Assembly: GCA_964503315.1 (NCBI GenBank)
Contig: CAZCZL010000014.1
Location: 4,159-68,158 of the forward strand
Reading direction: 5' to 3'
Source of the DNA: an uncultured Ignavibacteriales bacterium
GTDB lineage: Bacteria; Zixibacteria; MSB-5A5; GN15; FEB-12
DNA length: 64,000 nucleotides
A model generated the notes under the pieces. That model did no database searches, was not told where the DNA came from, and saw only the letters and a program-made list of their open reading frames with translations. Shown one piece after another: positions 62,354 through 64,000 of the stretch. Both the position numbers and the translations under genes were made by a program. Each line of letters begins with the position of its first letter. The stretch's first letter is position 1.

Positions 62354-63108
62354 CGATCGCGCTTCTGATATTCTGTGGCGTCCTCGCCGGATTGATGGGA
62401 GGCTATCTCGGTGTTGGCGGCGGAATAGTCATTGTCCCCTTTCTAACCCTCGTGATGGGGTATGACATCAAAACAGCAATCCCCATCTCGATGGCCGCGA
62501 TCGTTATCAACTCTCTCGCGTCATCATCCGAGTACCTCAAGAAGGGGATGGTCGACCTTGAATTGATGGTCGTGCTGACATGCGCGATGGTGTTCGGCAT
62601 GATCATCGGAAGCACACTCCTGACCATCGTCCCCGCCGGCTATGTGAAGCTTCTCCTTGCGACGGTGCTGGTCTATACCGCTGTCTCTCTACTCAAAGGG
62701 AAAGAGAAACCGGCGGCCGAAGTGCATGAGAACAAGCGTTCACGGATGGGACTTTGTGTGATCCTTGCCGCGCTCGGCGGCATCCTGGCGGGACTGGTCG
62801 GCATCGGCGGCGGCGTTATCGTCATTCCTCTCATGTTCCTGCTGTTCGGCTTGCCGTTGGCCACCGCGCGTGGAACCTCGTCATTCATCGTTGGTTTCTC
62901 CGGCGCCGCGTCACTGGTGGTGTACTTCATCAACGGGTTAGTGAGCCTCACTGTGGCTCCCGCGGTGATTCTCGGGACGGTCATCGGCGGAAAACTTGGC
63001 GGAAGATTGGGAACGGTCGCCAAACCGACGGCGGTGAAAGTAGTCTTCTTTCTTCTGCTCCTTTATGTTGCGACCAAGCTGGCTCTCGGAGCCTGGAGGG
63101 AACTGTGA
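62350..63108 (+). CDS. TauE/SafE family sulfite/anion exporter-like membrane protein
   Basis: 252 aa. Two homologous halves, each starting with 'G(L/I)xGGxxGxGGGxxxxP'. Start overlaps the S41 stop. Confidence 0.8.
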   Translation: MTIALLIFCGVLAGLMGGYLGVGGGIVIVPFLTLVMGYDIKTAIPISMAAIVINSLASSSEYLKKGMVDLELMVVLTCAMVFGMIIGSTLLTIVPAGYVKLLLATVLVYTAVSLLKGKEKPAAEVHENKRSRMGLCVILAALGGILAGLVGIGGGVIVIPLMFLLFGLPLATARGTSSFIVGFSGAASLVVYFINGLVSLTVAPAVILGTVIGGKLGGRLGTVAKPTAVKVVFFLLLLYVATKLALGAWREL

Positions 63109-63392
63109 GCGGAAGATCGTTCATTGATTGGCTCGTCTCCTTCGATCACTGGTCATGGCTCTTTTTTGTCATCTGGTTTGCCGGAAGTCTCGGGTTGAAC
63201 CTCGCTGGCATCGATAAGGATGGCACGCTCAGTCTTTGGGGGATCATTCTGCTCCTGCTCTGCTACCATATTCGCCTGGTCTTCGTCGCCGAGCACTTCA
63301 GAGTCGAGGGGCGGTACAAACTTCGTCTTGTGACCTATCTTCTGCTGGCCACTCTGGCGATTTCGGTGGCTGTCCAGCTGCTGCGGCAGTAA
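63105..63392 (+). CDS. Small membrane protein (candidate)
   Basis: GTG 63105 overlaps the TauE stop (GTGA). 95 aa, 'VSGRSFIDWLVSFDHWSWLFFVIWFAGSLGL...LLLLCYHIRLVF...LLLATLAISVAVQLL', with three hydrophobic helices. The longer ORF from 62754 overlaps TauE and is not credible. Confidence 0.4.
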   Translation: MSGRSFIDWLVSFDHWSWLFFVIWFAGSLGLNLAGIDKDGTLSLWGIILLLLCYHIRLVFVAEHFRVEGRYKLRLVTYLLLATLAISVAVQLLRQ

Positions 63393-63401
63393 ATTGATAG
63401 A

Positions 63402-64000
63402 ATGCGAACACTCATCTTCTGTGATTTTGACGGCACTGTCTCCCGACGAGATATTGGCTACACCCTGTTCCATCATTTCTCCGGTGGGCGGAATGACGCT
63501 CTGCTGCCGGATTGGAAATCAGGCAGGATGTCCAGTCGAGAAGTTCTGACTCGTGAAGCCGAGATGGTCGACGCGACACCCGCTGAGATAATGGAGTTTC
63601 TGGAGCAGTTCGAAATAGACCGTGGCTTTGCCGGATTTATCGACCTCTGCCGCGGAAACCAGATTGAACCGGTCGTACTTTCCGATGGCCTTGACCTTTA
63701 TATCAGATTTGTCCTTGAGAGATATAAGCTTACGGACCTGCAGGTGATTTCCAATGTCGCCCGCCTGAAGGAGAACGGACTGTCGATAGAGTTCCCGCGC
63801 ACCAACCGCGCCTGCCTACGATGCGGCAACTGCAAAGGTGAGATCATCCAGGAGTTCCGCGACAGAGCCGACGAAGCGGTTCGTACGGTCTTTATCGGCG
63901 ATGGTTACTCCGATACCTGCGCCGCGCACGAAGCGGATATTTTGTTCGCGAAAAAAGACTTGGCCCACTACTGTCGCGAGAAGCATATTCCCTTTACTGA
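63402..64000 (+). CDS. HAD-IB family phosphatase (MtnX/PSP-like); 3' end lies outside the window
   Basis: ATG 63402 gives 'MRTLIFCDFDGTVSRRDIG' (DxDGT motif). '...CLRCGNCKG...' and 'FIGDGYSDTCAA' (motif IV). No stop before nt 64000. Confidence 0.75.
   Translation, partial: MRTLIFCDFDGTVSRRDIGYTLFHHFSGGRNDALLPDWKSGRMSSREVLTREAEMVDATPAEIMEFLEQFEIDRGFAGFIDLCRGNQIEPVVLSDGLDLYIRFVLERYKLTDLQVISNVARLKENGLSIEFPRTNRACLRCGNCKGEIIQEFRDRADEAVRTVFIGDGYSDTCAAHEADILFAKKDLAHYCREKHIPFT

Overview
This is a 64-kb chromosomal segment, roughly mid-50s % GC by eye. I recognised no rRNA, CRISPR array, transposase or integrase. The host is a diderm bacterium, shown by LptF/LptG, a beta-barrel OMP, lipoproteins and a Tat signal. 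Many exported proteins end in T9SS/FlgD-Ig-like or dockerin-like tails, which suggests (inference only) an uncultivated FCB-type or candidate-phylum lineage.

I call about 57 CDS and one tRNA-Ser(GGA). Left to right:
- Fragment of a haem-c (CxxCH) sensor-like protein, livF, cydAB.
- A 13-kb minus-strand 'secretome block': two tandem ~880-aa paralogues of an unnamed secreted family, a chemoreceptor with a CxxCH motif, a papain-type protease and an M6-type metalloprotease, both with dockerin-like tails.
- Hybrid histidine kinase, then small metabolic and unknown genes.
- An SPFH/Zn-ribbon gene pair, small exported proteins, tRNA-Ser, yhaM-like, lptFG.
- A Tat-exported nitroreductase-like protein next to a lower-GC OMP.
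- CDP-alcohol phosphatidyltransferase plus PfkB kinase, then obg, dprA, ptsH.
- A third copy of the 880-aa family, inserted antisense between ptsH and ptsI and flanked by repeat-rich DNA.
- An 11-kb plus-strand gene train: ptsI, pgi/pmi, DUF1858-like, a five-gene unknown envelope cluster, a sugar-phosphate nucleotidyltransferase, metK, ahcY.
- TetR, ino1 with a basic tail, tmk, S41 protease, TauE, a HAD phosphatase fragment.

Best candidates for something undescribed are the A-B-A'-B'-lipoprotein membrane cluster (50.2-54.4 kb) and the three-member secreted protein family. All functional calls rest on motifs read by eye from the translations. No database search was possible.
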